This document shows positions 19,041 to 28,672 of a DNA stretch of 58,965 bases, one piece after another. Each line of letters opens with the position of its first letter. The stretch's first letter is position 1. The notes beneath the pieces were generated by a model. It saw only the letters and a list, made by a program, of their open reading frames with translations. It was not told where the DNA came from and made no database searches. The stretch comes from Candidatus Woesearchaeota archaeon (GTDB lineage Archaea; Nanobdellota; Nanobdellia; Woesearchaeales; UBA10216): positions 1 through 58,965 of the forward strand of contig NZCN01000009.1 in assembly GCA_002688315.1 (NCBI GenBank), in the 5' to 3' direction. The translations under genes were made by a program, and so were the position numbers.

Positions 19041-20286
19041 ACAATTATACAAACCAAGAAATGACAAGATGAGACTAGCTGCATTTATGTCAGGCACTGG
19101 AAGCAACCTGCGCAAGATTCTGGAAAAAAAAGGAAATTTTGAAGTTGTGATGATTTTCACAGATAATGAAAAAAGCAATGCTAAAAAAATTGCTGATGAA
19201 AATAAGATTAGCTATTATTGCAATGATATTCGTGAATATTACCAAAGCAAAGGAAAAGACAGGAAAGATATGAATGTCAGGAAAGAATATGATAAAGAAA
19301 CCGCTGAATTGCTGAAGAAGCATAATGTAGATGTTGTTGTTCTTTGCGGGTATATGAGTGTGGTAACTGAAGAGATATGTGATAATTATTTGACATTAAA
19401 CATTCATCCTGCTGACTTGAGAATTCTTGATGATAAAGGAGCTAGGCTTTATGCTGGATGCATGGGAGCTGGATGCATAAAAAAAGTTATTGAGAATAAT
19501 GGCAAAGAGCTTAGGAGTTCAACGCACATAGTTACTGCAGAAGTTGATGGAGGAGCTGTGATAATGGTTAGTGCGCCTGTAAAGATTGACAATAATGATG
19601 AACGCCAGCTTCTTGAGAAACTAAAAGAGCAAGGAGACTGGAAAGTTTATCCTGAAACTGTCAAGCGGTTAGCTGAAGGACGGTTCTGGATTGGAGAAGG
19701 CACAGTGATTGACCTTGTTGAAGAAAAAACATTGTTAAGAGAAGGTATGAGAAAGATGAGAGAAAATATGGATGATGAGGAAGTGAAGAGTAAAAGCGAA
19801 GCTGCAACAAAAAGACTTCTGGAGCTGCAGGAATATGTAACTGCAAAAACAGTCATGTTTTACATGGGCATAAATAAAGAAGTTCAGACAAATGCAGCAA
19901 TAAGTAATGCACTTGCCAGCAAAAAGAAAGTGGTTATTCCAGTTTCTGACTTAGACAAAAAATGCATAATACCCTCGCAATTAGAATCACTAGATGCAAT
20001 GCGGCTAGGGGCTTATGGAATACCAGAACCTTCTGCAATGAAAGAAGTTAATGCAAATGAAATTGAACTCATAATAGTTCCAGGGCTTGCTTTCGATGAA
20101 AAAGGAAACAGAATTGGATATGGACTTGGATTTTTTGACAGGTTTATGGAAAAAATTGCAGGAAAAAAGATTGCTTTAGCATATGAATCACAGATTGTAG
20201 ATATGGTAAGAACTACTGAGCATGATGTTGCTGTTGACAAAATAATTACAGAAGAAAGAGTTATTGACTGCGGGGTGAGCAGATGA
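19030..20286 (+). CDS. purN: fusion of PurN-like GAR transformylase and 5-formyltetrahydrofolate cyclo-ligase
   Basis: N-terminal half: FMSGTGSNL, LCGYM, LNIHPADL, VDGG. C-terminal half: YGIPEP, VPGLAFD..GNRIGYG.GFFDR, EHDV.VD.IITE. Confidence 0.87.
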   Translation: MQLKQLYKPRNDKMRLAAFMSGTGSNLRKILEKKGNFEVVMIFTDNEKSNAKKIADENKISYYCNDIREYYQSKGKDRKDMNVRKEYDKETAELLKKHNVDVVVLCGYMSVVTEEICDNYLTLNIHPADLRILDDKGARLYAGCMGAGCIKKVIENNGKELRSSTHIVTAEVDGGAVIMVSAPVKIDNNDERQLLEKLKEQGDWKVYPETVKRLAEGRFWIGEGTVIDLVEEKTLLREGMRKMRENMDDEEVKSKSEAATKRLLELQEYVTAKTVMFYMGINKEVQTNAAISNALASKKKVVIPVSDLDKKCIIPSQLESLDAMRLGAYGIPEPSAMKEVNANEIELIIVPGLAFDEKGNRIGYGLGFFDRFMEKIAGKKIALAYESQIVDMVRTTEHDVAVDKIITEERVIDCGVSR

Positions 20287-21614
20287 ACAAGAAAAAATTG
20301 CAGGAAACAGATTCTGAGATTAAAGAAACACTACAAAATGAAGAAGACAGACAAGAATTTGGCCTAGAAATGATACCTTCAGAAAATTTTGTAAGCAAAG
20401 CTGTAATGGAAGCAATGGGAAGCGTTATGACAAACAAGTATTCAGAAGGCTACCCAGGAAAAAGATATTACGGTGGAAATGAATTCATTGATGTTGCTGA
20501 AAAAATAGCAATTGAAAGAGTGAAGAAATTGTTTAAGGTTGCTCATGTTAATGTTCAGCCGTACTCAGGCAGTCCTGCAAACGCAGAAGTATACCTTGCA
20601 TTATGCAAGCCAGGCGATACAATCATGGGGCAGAGCCTTTTGGATGGAGGACACTTAACACATGGATGGAAAACAAGTTTTTCAGGTCTGTTCTTTAACT
20701 CTATACAATATCATGTCAAAGCTGATGGCTACATTGACATCGAAGAAGCAAGAAAACTTGCTCTTGAACACAAGCCAAAGCTGATATGGATAGGAGCTTC
20801 AGCATATGCAAGAGAATTTCCATTCAAAGAGCTAGCAGAGATAGCAGATGAAGTTGGAGCTTATCTTGTTGCAGACATTGCGCATATAGCAGGGTTGATA
20901 GTAGCAGGAGCGCATCCAAGCGCCAGCGAGCACGTGCACATTATCACTACAACAACTCATAAAACACTGCGCGGCCCAAGAGGAGCAATGATAATGGTAA
21001 CAGAAAAAGGAATGCAGAAAGACCCTGACCTTGGAAAGAAGATAGACAAAGCAGTATTTCCAGGATTTCAAGGAGGACCTCATGATCACACAACTGCAGC
21101 AATAGCAGTTGCAATGAAAGAAGCAGACACTCCAGAGTTCAAAGAATATGCGCATCAAATTGTTAAGAATGCCAAGGCGCTTGCGCAGGAATTGATGGAT
21201 AATGGATTAAAGCTGGTGTCAGGAGGAACAGATACTCATTTGATTCTTGTTGACTTAACAACAATACAAAAAGGGCATGGAGTTTTTGTGCAAGATGCGC
21301 TTGAAGTTGCAGGAATAACCACTAACAAGAATACTATTCCGCAGGATCCAAGCAGTCCATTTTACCCAAGCGGCATAAGATTAGGAACACCTGCACTAAC
21401 AACCAGGAATATGAAAGAAGAAGAGATGAAGCAAATTGGAAAATGGATTGCTGCAGTAGTTAAAGAAACTGAAAATTACAAACTGCCTGAAGAAAAAGAA
21501 GAAAGAAAAGAATTGCTGAAGAACTTCCGGGCAGAAATAAAGGAAAATGCAGTGCTGAAAGGCTTGCGGGAAGAAGTCAGAGAAATGTGCAAGAGGTTTC
21601 CGTTGTATAAATGA
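20283..21614 (+). CDS. glyA: serine hydroxymethyltransferase
   Basis: EGYPGKRYYGG, TTTTHKTLRGPRG and SGIRLGTP motifs. Confidence 0.97.
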   Translation: MNKKKLQETDSEIKETLQNEEDRQEFGLEMIPSENFVSKAVMEAMGSVMTNKYSEGYPGKRYYGGNEFIDVAEKIAIERVKKLFKVAHVNVQPYSGSPANAEVYLALCKPGDTIMGQSLLDGGHLTHGWKTSFSGLFFNSIQYHVKADGYIDIEEARKLALEHKPKLIWIGASAYAREFPFKELAEIADEVGAYLVADIAHIAGLIVAGAHPSASEHVHIITTTTHKTLRGPRGAMIMVTEKGMQKDPDLGKKIDKAVFPGFQGGPHDHTTAAIAVAMKEADTPEFKEYAHQIVKNAKALAQELMDNGLKLVSGGTDTHLILVDLTTIQKGHGVFVQDALEVAGITTNKNTIPQDPSSPFYPSGIRLGTPALTTRNMKEEEMKQIGKWIAAVVKETENYKLPEEKEERKELLKNFRAEIKENAVLKGLREEVREMCKRFPLYK

Positions 21615-22456
21615 TGAAGATGCCAGCTAAAATAATCGACGGAAAAGAAATAGCGAGAAAGATTCGCGAGGAGATTAAAAAAGAAGTCGCAGCTCTGGAG
21701 AAAAAGCCAGGGCTAGCTGCCATAATTGTTGGAGATAATCCAGCATCAAAAGTTTATGTTGGCATGAAGAGAAAAACATGTGAGGAAGTTGGAATTTATT
21801 CTGAAGAGTTTAAGCTGCCTGAAGAAACAAGTGAGGAAGAATTGCTGGAATTGGTAAGAAAGCTAAACAAGGAAGATAAAATTCATGCTATATTGCTGCA
21901 GTTGCCTATTCCAAAGCATATAAACGAGGAAAAAGCGCTTTCAGCAATTGCGCTTGAGAAAGATGTTGACGGTTTTAATTCAGTAAACATTGGAAAACTT
22001 GTAAGAGGAAATGAAGCTTCTGTACCGTGCACTCCAAAAGGCATAATAAGATTGCTTGAGGAAATTGGTATTGAGATTACAGGGAAAAATGCAGTTGTTG
22101 TGGGAAGAAGCAACATTGTTGGAAAGCCAACTGCATTGATGCTGCTTAACAGAAATGCAACAGTAACTGTTTGCCATAGCAAAACAAAATACTTGGGAGA
22201 GATAACAAAAAAAGCAGACATAATTGTTGTTGCAGTTGGAAAGCCAAATATGATTACAGAAAGCATGGTAAAAGAAGGAGCTGTTGTGATTGATGTTGGC
22301 ATAAACAAAGTTGACGGGAAACTGGTTGGAGATGCTGATTTTGAAAATATTAAGGAAAAAGCTGGCTGGATTACTCCAGTGCCTGGAGGAGTAGGACCTA
22401 TGACAATTGCAATGCTTTTGGAAAATACACTGCAGAGGTATAAAGAAGCAGAATGA
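21611..22456 (+). CDS. folD: methylenetetrahydrofolate dehydrogenase/cyclohydrolase
   Basis: KDVDG, PCTPKG, GRSNIVGKP and TPVPGGVGPMT motifs. Confidence 0.96.
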   Translation: MMKMPAKIIDGKEIARKIREEIKKEVAALEKKPGLAAIIVGDNPASKVYVGMKRKTCEEVGIYSEEFKLPEETSEEELLELVRKLNKEDKIHAILLQLPIPKHINEEKALSAIALEKDVDGFNSVNIGKLVRGNEASVPCTPKGIIRLLEEIGIEITGKNAVVVGRSNIVGKPTALMLLNRNATVTVCHSKTKYLGEITKKADIIVVAVGKPNMITESMVKEGAVVIDVGINKVDGKLVGDADFENIKEKAGWITPVPGGVGPMTIAMLLENTLQRYKEAE

Positions 22457-23481
22457 CAAGCTACAAAGAAGCAGGAGTGGATGTAGAAGCAAAAGAAAAA
22501 GCCATAGAAGAAATAAAGGAAAGTGTAAAAGAAACGTTTACTGATGATGTGCTTAGCGCTTCTACAACTTTCAAGTTTGGAGGAACCATTAGTTTGAAAA
22601 GACTAATGGGATATAACGACCCTGTTCTTGTGCTGAGCACAGACGGTGTTGGAACAAAGATGGTTATAGCTGAGAAGATGAAAAAGTTTGATACTGTTGG
22701 AGTTGATATTCTTAACCATTCAATAAATGACGTTCTTACTTCAGGAGCAAAAGCAATGTTTTTTCTGGATTATATTGGCGCTTCCAGGCTTGATGTGAGA
22801 ATTGTCAAGGAAATGGTAGTTGGAATTGCAAAAGAATGCAAAAAGAAAAGCATAATACTTGCGGGCGGGGAAACAGCAGAAATGCCAGGAGTTTACCATG
22901 ATGGAACTTATGAGTTAACAGGAACTGTTGGAGGAATAGTTGAACGAGAAAATATTATTGACGGAAGCAAGATAAAAGAAGGGGATGTTTTGATTGGACT
23001 TGCTTCAAGTGGACTGCATACCAACGGGTATAGTCTTGCTAGAAAAATTTTCTTTGATGATAATAACTACAGTTGCGATGATGACTTGCCTGAAATTGGA
23101 AAACTAGGCGATGCTTTGCTTGCAACTCACAAAGAATATGCAAATTCTGTTTTGCCTTTAGTGGAAAAGAAGCTGATTAATGGCATAATACATGTTACCG
23201 GCGGAGGATTTCCAGGAAATATACCAAGAATAATGCCTCAAGGACTTGGAGCTAAGATAAAGCTTGGAAGCTGGGAAGTGCCTTCTTTGTTCCAGTTAAT
23301 TCAGAATCTAGGCAGAGTAAATGATTATGAAATGTTTAAGACGTTTAACATGGGAATAGGATTAGTGCTTGTGGTTGATAAAGAGAAAAAGAATGAAGTT
23401 ATTGAAATGCTGAATAATGAAAAGGTGCATGAGATTGGAGAAGTTATTGCAAAAGAAGGAATCCAGTATGAAAGCAGTTGA
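22453..23481 (+). CDS. purM: phosphoribosylformylglycinamidine cyclo-ligase (AIR synthase)
   Basis: SYKEAGVD, TDGVGTK, GGETAEMPG, SSGLHTNGYSL and TFNMGIG motifs. Confidence 0.96.
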   Translation: MTSYKEAGVDVEAKEKAIEEIKESVKETFTDDVLSASTTFKFGGTISLKRLMGYNDPVLVLSTDGVGTKMVIAEKMKKFDTVGVDILNHSINDVLTSGAKAMFFLDYIGASRLDVRIVKEMVVGIAKECKKKSIILAGGETAEMPGVYHDGTYELTGTVGGIVERENIIDGSKIKEGDVLIGLASSGLHTNGYSLARKIFFDDNNYSCDDDLPEIGKLGDALLATHKEYANSVLPLVEKKLINGIIHVTGGGFPGNIPRIMPQGLGAKIKLGSWEVPSLFQLIQNLGRVNDYEMFKTFNMGIGLVLVVDKEKKNEVIEMLNNEKVHEIGEVIAKEGIQYESS

Positions 23482-26272
23482 AGTGTTTTCAAAAGAAAAA
23501 ACTGCCAGAGATAAAGCAATAGAGGGCTCTCTGGCTGATTTTGGAATTAAAGCAGATGTTAGAGTGAGTGATGTCTATTATATAGATAGCAGTTTTAATG
23601 ATGAGGAAATAAAAGAATTGGCAGAAGGATTATTTACAGACAAGTTAACCCAAACTTTTTCAACAGAAACCAGCAATAAGGAAAGTGAGTGGATAATTGA
23701 AGTCAGATATAAAGATGCAGTAAGCGACCCTGCAGAAGACAGCATAATAAGAGCTATTAGAGACTTAGGGAAAGATGCAAAGACTGTAAGGACAGCAAAA
23801 CGCTACTACGTAACTGCTGCTGATGAGAAAGAAGTTCAATTAATATGCAAAAATATTTTGGCTAATGGGATAACTGAAGATTATTATTATGGATATGAAG
23901 AACTTAATGCAGCTGAACCAAGAATAATGGAAGGAAAAGCAAGTGATGAAATTAATGAAGTTGGAATTCTTGACGCAAGCGATGAAGGGCTGCAAAGGAT
24001 AAGCAGAGAAGGTGTTCTTTCACTTTCTTTGGAAGAAATGAAGAAAATAAAAGAATATTTTGAAAAAGAAGGAAGAAATCCTCGTGACGGAGAGCTTGAG
24101 ACACTAGCGCAAACTTGGAGTGAGCATTGCAAGCACAAAATATTCAACAGCGAAATAGAATTTGATAATGGAAAAGAAAAAGAAATCATTGGGAACTTGT
24201 TTAAGGAAACCATAGTAGCTGCCACTAACAAAATTGCTGCAAAAAAAGATTGGCTTGTTTCGGTTTTTAAAGATAATGCAGGAATAATAAATTTTGACGA
24301 CAAAAACAATTTCGCAATGAAAGTGGAAACTCATAACCACCCTTCTGCACTCGACCCTTACGGAGGAGCCTCAACAGGAATAGGAGGAGTTATAAGAGAT
24401 GTTCTTGGAGCTGGACTTGGAGCAAAACCAGTATTCAATACAGATGTTTTTTGCTTTGCAAGAAGCGATTATGATAAAGAACTGCCTTCAGGGATACTTC
24501 ATCCTAAAAGAATTTTTAAGGGAGTTGTTTCAGGAGTTAGCGACTATGGAAACAGGATTGGAATACCCACTGTTAACGGCGCCATAATATTTCATGATGA
24601 TTTTCTTGGAGCGCCTTTGGTTTATTGCGGAACCGGCGGCATAATCCCAAAAGGAATGGAAAACAAGAAAGCAAGCAATGGCGAGCTTATTGTTGTTGTT
24701 GGAGGGAAAACCGGACGAGACGGCTTGCATGGAGCAACATTTTCCTCAGCAATACTTGATGAAAGTAGTTCAAGCAGTGCAGTGCAGATTGGAAATCCGA
24801 TTGAAGAAAAGAAAATGCTTGATGCTCTTCTTCAATGCCGCGATCAAAGACTTTACACATGCATTACTGACTGTGGTGCTGGCGGCTTTAGCTCTGCAGT
24901 AGGAGAAATGGCTGCTTCAACTGGCGCAGAAGTAGAGCTTGATAAAGTTCAGCTAAAGCATGCTGGAATGAAGCCATGGGAAATCTGGATGTCTGAAAGC
25001 CAGGAACGGATGATAATAGCTGTTCCTGAAGATAAAGTTGAAGAGCTTAAGGAAGTTTGCAGAAATGAAGATGTTAATGCTATCGTTATTGGAAAGTTTA
25101 CTGACACAAAAAAACTTGTTGTCAATCATTCTGGAAAGACGCTTGTTGACCTGGACATGGAGTTCCTGCACAAAGGACTGCCACAATTAAAAAGAAAAGC
25201 AAATTGGCAGGAAAAAGGAGAGGAAGAACCGCAACTTGAGGAAAAAAATAATTACAATGAAGAATTAAAAAAAATACTTGCACATCCAAGTGTTGCAAGC
25301 AAAGAAGAAGTTATCAGAAGATACGATCATGAAGTTCAAGGAAACACAATCGGAAAGCCAATGACAGGAGAAGGGCCAAGCGATGCTGCGATAATAAGGC
25401 CTGAGTTTGGAAAGAAAGCATTGGTTATTTCTAACGGAATAAATCCTCGTTATAGTTTTATCAACAGCTACTGGATGGCTGCATCTGTTATTGATGAAGC
25501 TATGAGAAATATTGTAGCTAGCGGCGGAGACATAAGCAGAACTGCATTGCTGGATAATTTCTGCTGGGGATCAACACAAAGCGAAGAAAAGCTTGGAAGC
25601 CTTGTAATGGCTGCAAAAGCATGCCATGACATTGCTGTTGATTATGAAACCCCATTCATTTCAGGAAAAGACAGTTTTCACAACGAGTTTAAATCAGGAA
25701 ATACGACTATAGCAATACCAGACACTCTTCTTATTTCAGCAGTTTCTGTGATTGACGCAACAAATGCAATAACAATGGACCTTAAAGAAGAAGGAAACAG
25801 CATATACCTTGTTGGGAAAACTTATGATGAGCTAGGAGGAAGCCATTATTATGAATTGCTTGAAAAAATTGGAAGAAATGTTCCAAAAGTAAGAGAAGCT
25901 GCAAAGAAAAACATGGAATCATTAACAACTGCCATGAAAGCAGGATTAGTATTGAGCTGCCATGACTGCAGTGAAGGAGGACTAGCTGTTGCTGCTGCTG
26001 AAATGGCCTTTGCAGGAAACATAGGAATGCGAATTAATACTGCAGCTATTCCAAATGAAATTGATAAGAATTATAAGCTGCTGTTTTCTGAATCAAACAG
26101 CAGGTTTTTAGTTGAAGTAAAGAAAGAAAATGAGGAAGAATTTGAAAAGATTACAAATGCAACTAAGATTGGAGAAACTATAGGAGAAAAGAAATTGGTA
26201 ATTGGCGATAATTTAATTGATGCCGGACTTGATGAGCTTAAAGAAGCATGGAAAAAGACAATAAAATGGTGA
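23468..26272 (+). CDS. purL: FGAM synthase PurL with two N-terminal PurS-like domains
   Basis: QTWSEHCKHK, KVETHNHPS, DCGAGG, SESQERM and ISGKDS motifs; start taken at ATG 23468. Confidence 0.94.
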   Translation: MKAVEVFSKEKTARDKAIEGSLADFGIKADVRVSDVYYIDSSFNDEEIKELAEGLFTDKLTQTFSTETSNKESEWIIEVRYKDAVSDPAEDSIIRAIRDLGKDAKTVRTAKRYYVTAADEKEVQLICKNILANGITEDYYYGYEELNAAEPRIMEGKASDEINEVGILDASDEGLQRISREGVLSLSLEEMKKIKEYFEKEGRNPRDGELETLAQTWSEHCKHKIFNSEIEFDNGKEKEIIGNLFKETIVAATNKIAAKKDWLVSVFKDNAGIINFDDKNNFAMKVETHNHPSALDPYGGASTGIGGVIRDVLGAGLGAKPVFNTDVFCFARSDYDKELPSGILHPKRIFKGVVSGVSDYGNRIGIPTVNGAIIFHDDFLGAPLVYCGTGGIIPKGMENKKASNGELIVVVGGKTGRDGLHGATFSSAILDESSSSSAVQIGNPIEEKKMLDALLQCRDQRLYTCITDCGAGGFSSAVGEMAASTGAEVELDKVQLKHAGMKPWEIWMSESQERMIIAVPEDKVEELKEVCRNEDVNAIVIGKFTDTKKLVVNHSGKTLVDLDMEFLHKGLPQLKRKANWQEKGEEEPQLEEKNNYNEELKKILAHPSVASKEEVIRRYDHEVQGNTIGKPMTGEGPSDAAIIRPEFGKKALVISNGINPRYSFINSYWMAASVIDEAMRNIVASGGDISRTALLDNFCWGSTQSEEKLGSLVMAAKACHDIAVDYETPFISGKDSFHNEFKSGNTTIAIPDTLLISAVSVIDATNAITMDLKEEGNSIYLVGKTYDELGGSHYYELLEKIGRNVPKVREAAKKNMESLTTAMKAGLVLSCHDCSEGGLAVAAAEMAFAGNIGMRINTAAIPNEIDKNYKLLFSESNSRFLVEVKKENEEEFEKITNATKIGETIGEKKLVIGDNLIDAGLDELKEAWKKTIKW

Positions 26273-26976
26273 AAGCATTGATTTTGAGGAGCGCTGGAAT
26301 AAACTGCAATGATGAAACTGAAAAAGGATTTAGAATGGCAGGAGCAGAAACCGAGCAAATTCATGTAAACAAATTAATTTCAGGAGAGAAAAAGCTAACT
26401 GATTATGATATACTTGCACTGCCTGGCGGCTTTAGCTATGGCGACTACATAGCTGGCGGTTCAATCCTTGCAAATCAGCTTTCTGTCAAGCTTAGAAAGC
26501 AAATGGAAGAGTTTATTGAGCAAGGAAAAGTTGTTGTGGGCATATGCAACGGCTTTCAAGTGCTTGTGAAAACAGGATTTTTGCCTGGTGATGGAATGAA
26601 AGCCACGCTTACAAACAATGATTCAGGGAAGTTTGAATGCAGATGGGTAAAATTAAAAGGCAGTAGCGAAATGGATGTTCCTGTTGCGCATGGAGAAGGC
26701 AAATTCTTTGCTGATAATGAAACTCTTGATGAGCTAGAGGAAAATGGGCAAGTAATGTTCAGATATTCATCTTCAGAATATCCTGAAAATCCAAACGGCT
26801 CATTAAGAGATATTGCAGGGATAACCAACACTAGGGGCAACGTAATCGGGCTTATGCCTCACCCTGAAAGACATCTTACATACGATAATCATCCGAAAGA
26901 AATAAGCAAAGAAAGCAATGAAGGAGAAGGACTGAAGTTCTTCAAGAATATAATTGAAAGGTGCAAAACAAAATGA
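26266..26976 (+). CDS. purQ: FGAM synthase glutaminase subunit
   Basis: PGGFSYGD, GICNGFQ, AHGEG and MPHPER motifs. Confidence 0.95.
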   Translation: MVKALILRSAGINCNDETEKGFRMAGAETEQIHVNKLISGEKKLTDYDILALPGGFSYGDYIAGGSILANQLSVKLRKQMEEFIEQGKVVVGICNGFQVLVKTGFLPGDGMKATLTNNDSGKFECRWVKLKGSSEMDVPVAHGEGKFFADNETLDELEENGQVMFRYSSSEYPENPNGSLRDIAGITNTRGNVIGLMPHPERHLTYDNHPKEISKESNEGEGLKFFKNIIERCKTK

Positions 26977-27704
26977 CTGTACTTGTAATGTTTGGAAGCA
27001 AAAGCGATGAGGAAACTTACAGCAAGATAGTTGAAGAGCTGAAAAAAGAAGCAATAGAATATGAGCTAAGAATTGCTTCTGCGCATAAAACACCTGAGCT
27101 TGTAGAGGAAATAATAAAAGGAGATTATGATTTGATAATTTCAGGAGCAGGGCTTGCTGCTCACCTTCCAGGAGTCATAGCTGCAAAAAAAATGGTTCCT
27201 GTACTTGGAGTTCCATGCAAAGGAGCTTATGATGGCCTTGACGCTTTTCTTTCAATAGTGCAAATGCCGCCTGGAATACCTGTTCTTTGTGTTAATGAAG
27301 ATAGCACTGCTAAAGAAGCTAAGAAAATTCTGGAGAAATCAGACAAAGTTGCTGTTGTTGGAGAAGGAAAAGCAGCTGAAAAAGCAATGAAAACTCTTGA
27401 AGAGTTTGGAATAGCTTTTGAAATGGGGGATATAGCAGCAGACGCAACTAATCTTGTATTTACAGAAGTTGGAAAAGAAGTTGAGGAAAAAGAAGAGCTG
27501 ATAATTTACTGCCCTGTTGGAGAATCAAAAGCAGAAGACGCTGTTAAAGCAATGAATGCTGCAAAGCATGGGCTATGGGTAGGTGTTAACCGAGGAGAAA
27601 ATGCTGCGATTGCTGCTGCTGAAATCCTTGGAAAAAACATTGAGGATTACCGCAAAAAAATAGCAGAAAAAGTAATAAAAGCTGATGAAGAGGTAAAAAA
27701 ATGA
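26973..27704 (+). CDS. purE: AIR carboxylase/N5-CAIR mutase PurE, extended
   Basis: GSKSD, SAHKTP, AGLAAHLPG and SIVQMPPGIPV motifs, followed by a degenerate second PurE-like segment. Confidence 0.88.
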   Translation: MTVLVMFGSKSDEETYSKIVEELKKEAIEYELRIASAHKTPELVEEIIKGDYDLIISGAGLAAHLPGVIAAKKMVPVLGVPCKGAYDGLDAFLSIVQMPPGIPVLCVNEDSTAKEAKKILEKSDKVAVVGEGKAAEKAMKTLEEFGIAFEMGDIAADATNLVFTEVGKEVEEKEELIIYCPVGESKAEDAVKAMNAAKHGLWVGVNRGENAAIAAAEILGKNIEDYRKKIAEKVIKADEEVKK

Positions 27705-28672
27705 TAAGTGATGAAATAATAAAAAATAATATCAACAATACAGTAAAAGAAACTGATTTTTCTGGTTTAGGAGAGAAGTATAAAGGAAAAGTCAGAGATA
27801 ACTACACAGATAAAGAAAACGGAAAAAGAGTAATAGTAGTAACTGACCGGATAAGTGCGTTTGATGTTGTTCTCGGAACAATTCCTTTCAAAGGGCAAGT
27901 GCTTAACCAGCTTGCTGCGTTTTGGTTTAACGAAACAAAAGATGTTGCTCCAAGTCATTTCATTGAAAATCCAGATCCAAATGTTATGATTGTGAAGCTT
28001 TGCAAGACTTTTCCTGTAGAAGTCATTGTTAGAAATTACATAACAGGAAGCTTATGGAGAGAGTATGAAAAAGGAGAAGATAATTATGGCTTAGGACTTC
28101 CTTCTGGCATGAAAAAAGACCAGAAATTTGACCAGCTGATAATCACTCCAAGCACAAAAGCAGATGAAGGGCATGATTTACCAATGAAAAGAGAAGATGT
28201 TCTTAAATTAATTCCTGAAGAAAAATATGCAAAAATGGAAGAAACAGCGTTAAAGTTATTTGCAAGAGGAAGTGAAATAGCAGCAAAACGTGGGTTAATT
28301 CTGGTTGATACTAAATACGAATTTGGCGAAAGCAGTGATGGCGAAATTCTTGTGATAGATGAAATTCATACTCCAGACAGCTCAAGATACTGGATTAAAG
28401 AAAGCTATGATGAATTATTTGGGAAAAAGCAATCACAAAAAATGCTGGACAAAGAATATATTCGGCAATGGCTAATAAACGAAAAAGGCTATATGGGTAA
28501 TGGACCTGCACCACAACTTTCTGAAGAAGTAATAGTTACAGCAGCAAAAAAATATATTGAATTATATGAATTGATTACAGGAGAAAAATTTGAAGTAGTA
28601 GAAGGCAATGTGGACAGCAGAATAAGAAAAAACTTGTTAAATAAGGGCTTAAAGGTGGAAGAAAATGGATAA
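27701..28672 (+). CDS. purC: SAICAR synthetase (long form)
   Basis: GKVRD, TDRISAFD, LVDTKYEFG and DEIHTPDSSRYW motifs. Confidence 0.95.
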   Translation: MISDEIIKNNINNTVKETDFSGLGEKYKGKVRDNYTDKENGKRVIVVTDRISAFDVVLGTIPFKGQVLNQLAAFWFNETKDVAPSHFIENPDPNVMIVKLCKTFPVEVIVRNYITGSLWREYEKGEDNYGLGLPSGMKKDQKFDQLIITPSTKADEGHDLPMKREDVLKLIPEEKYAKMEETALKLFARGSEIAAKRGLILVDTKYEFGESSDGEILVIDEIHTPDSSRYWIKESYDELFGKKQSQKMLDKEYIRQWLINEKGYMGNGPAPQLSEEVIVTAAKKYIELYELITGEKFEVVEGNVDSRIRKNLLNKGLKVEENG

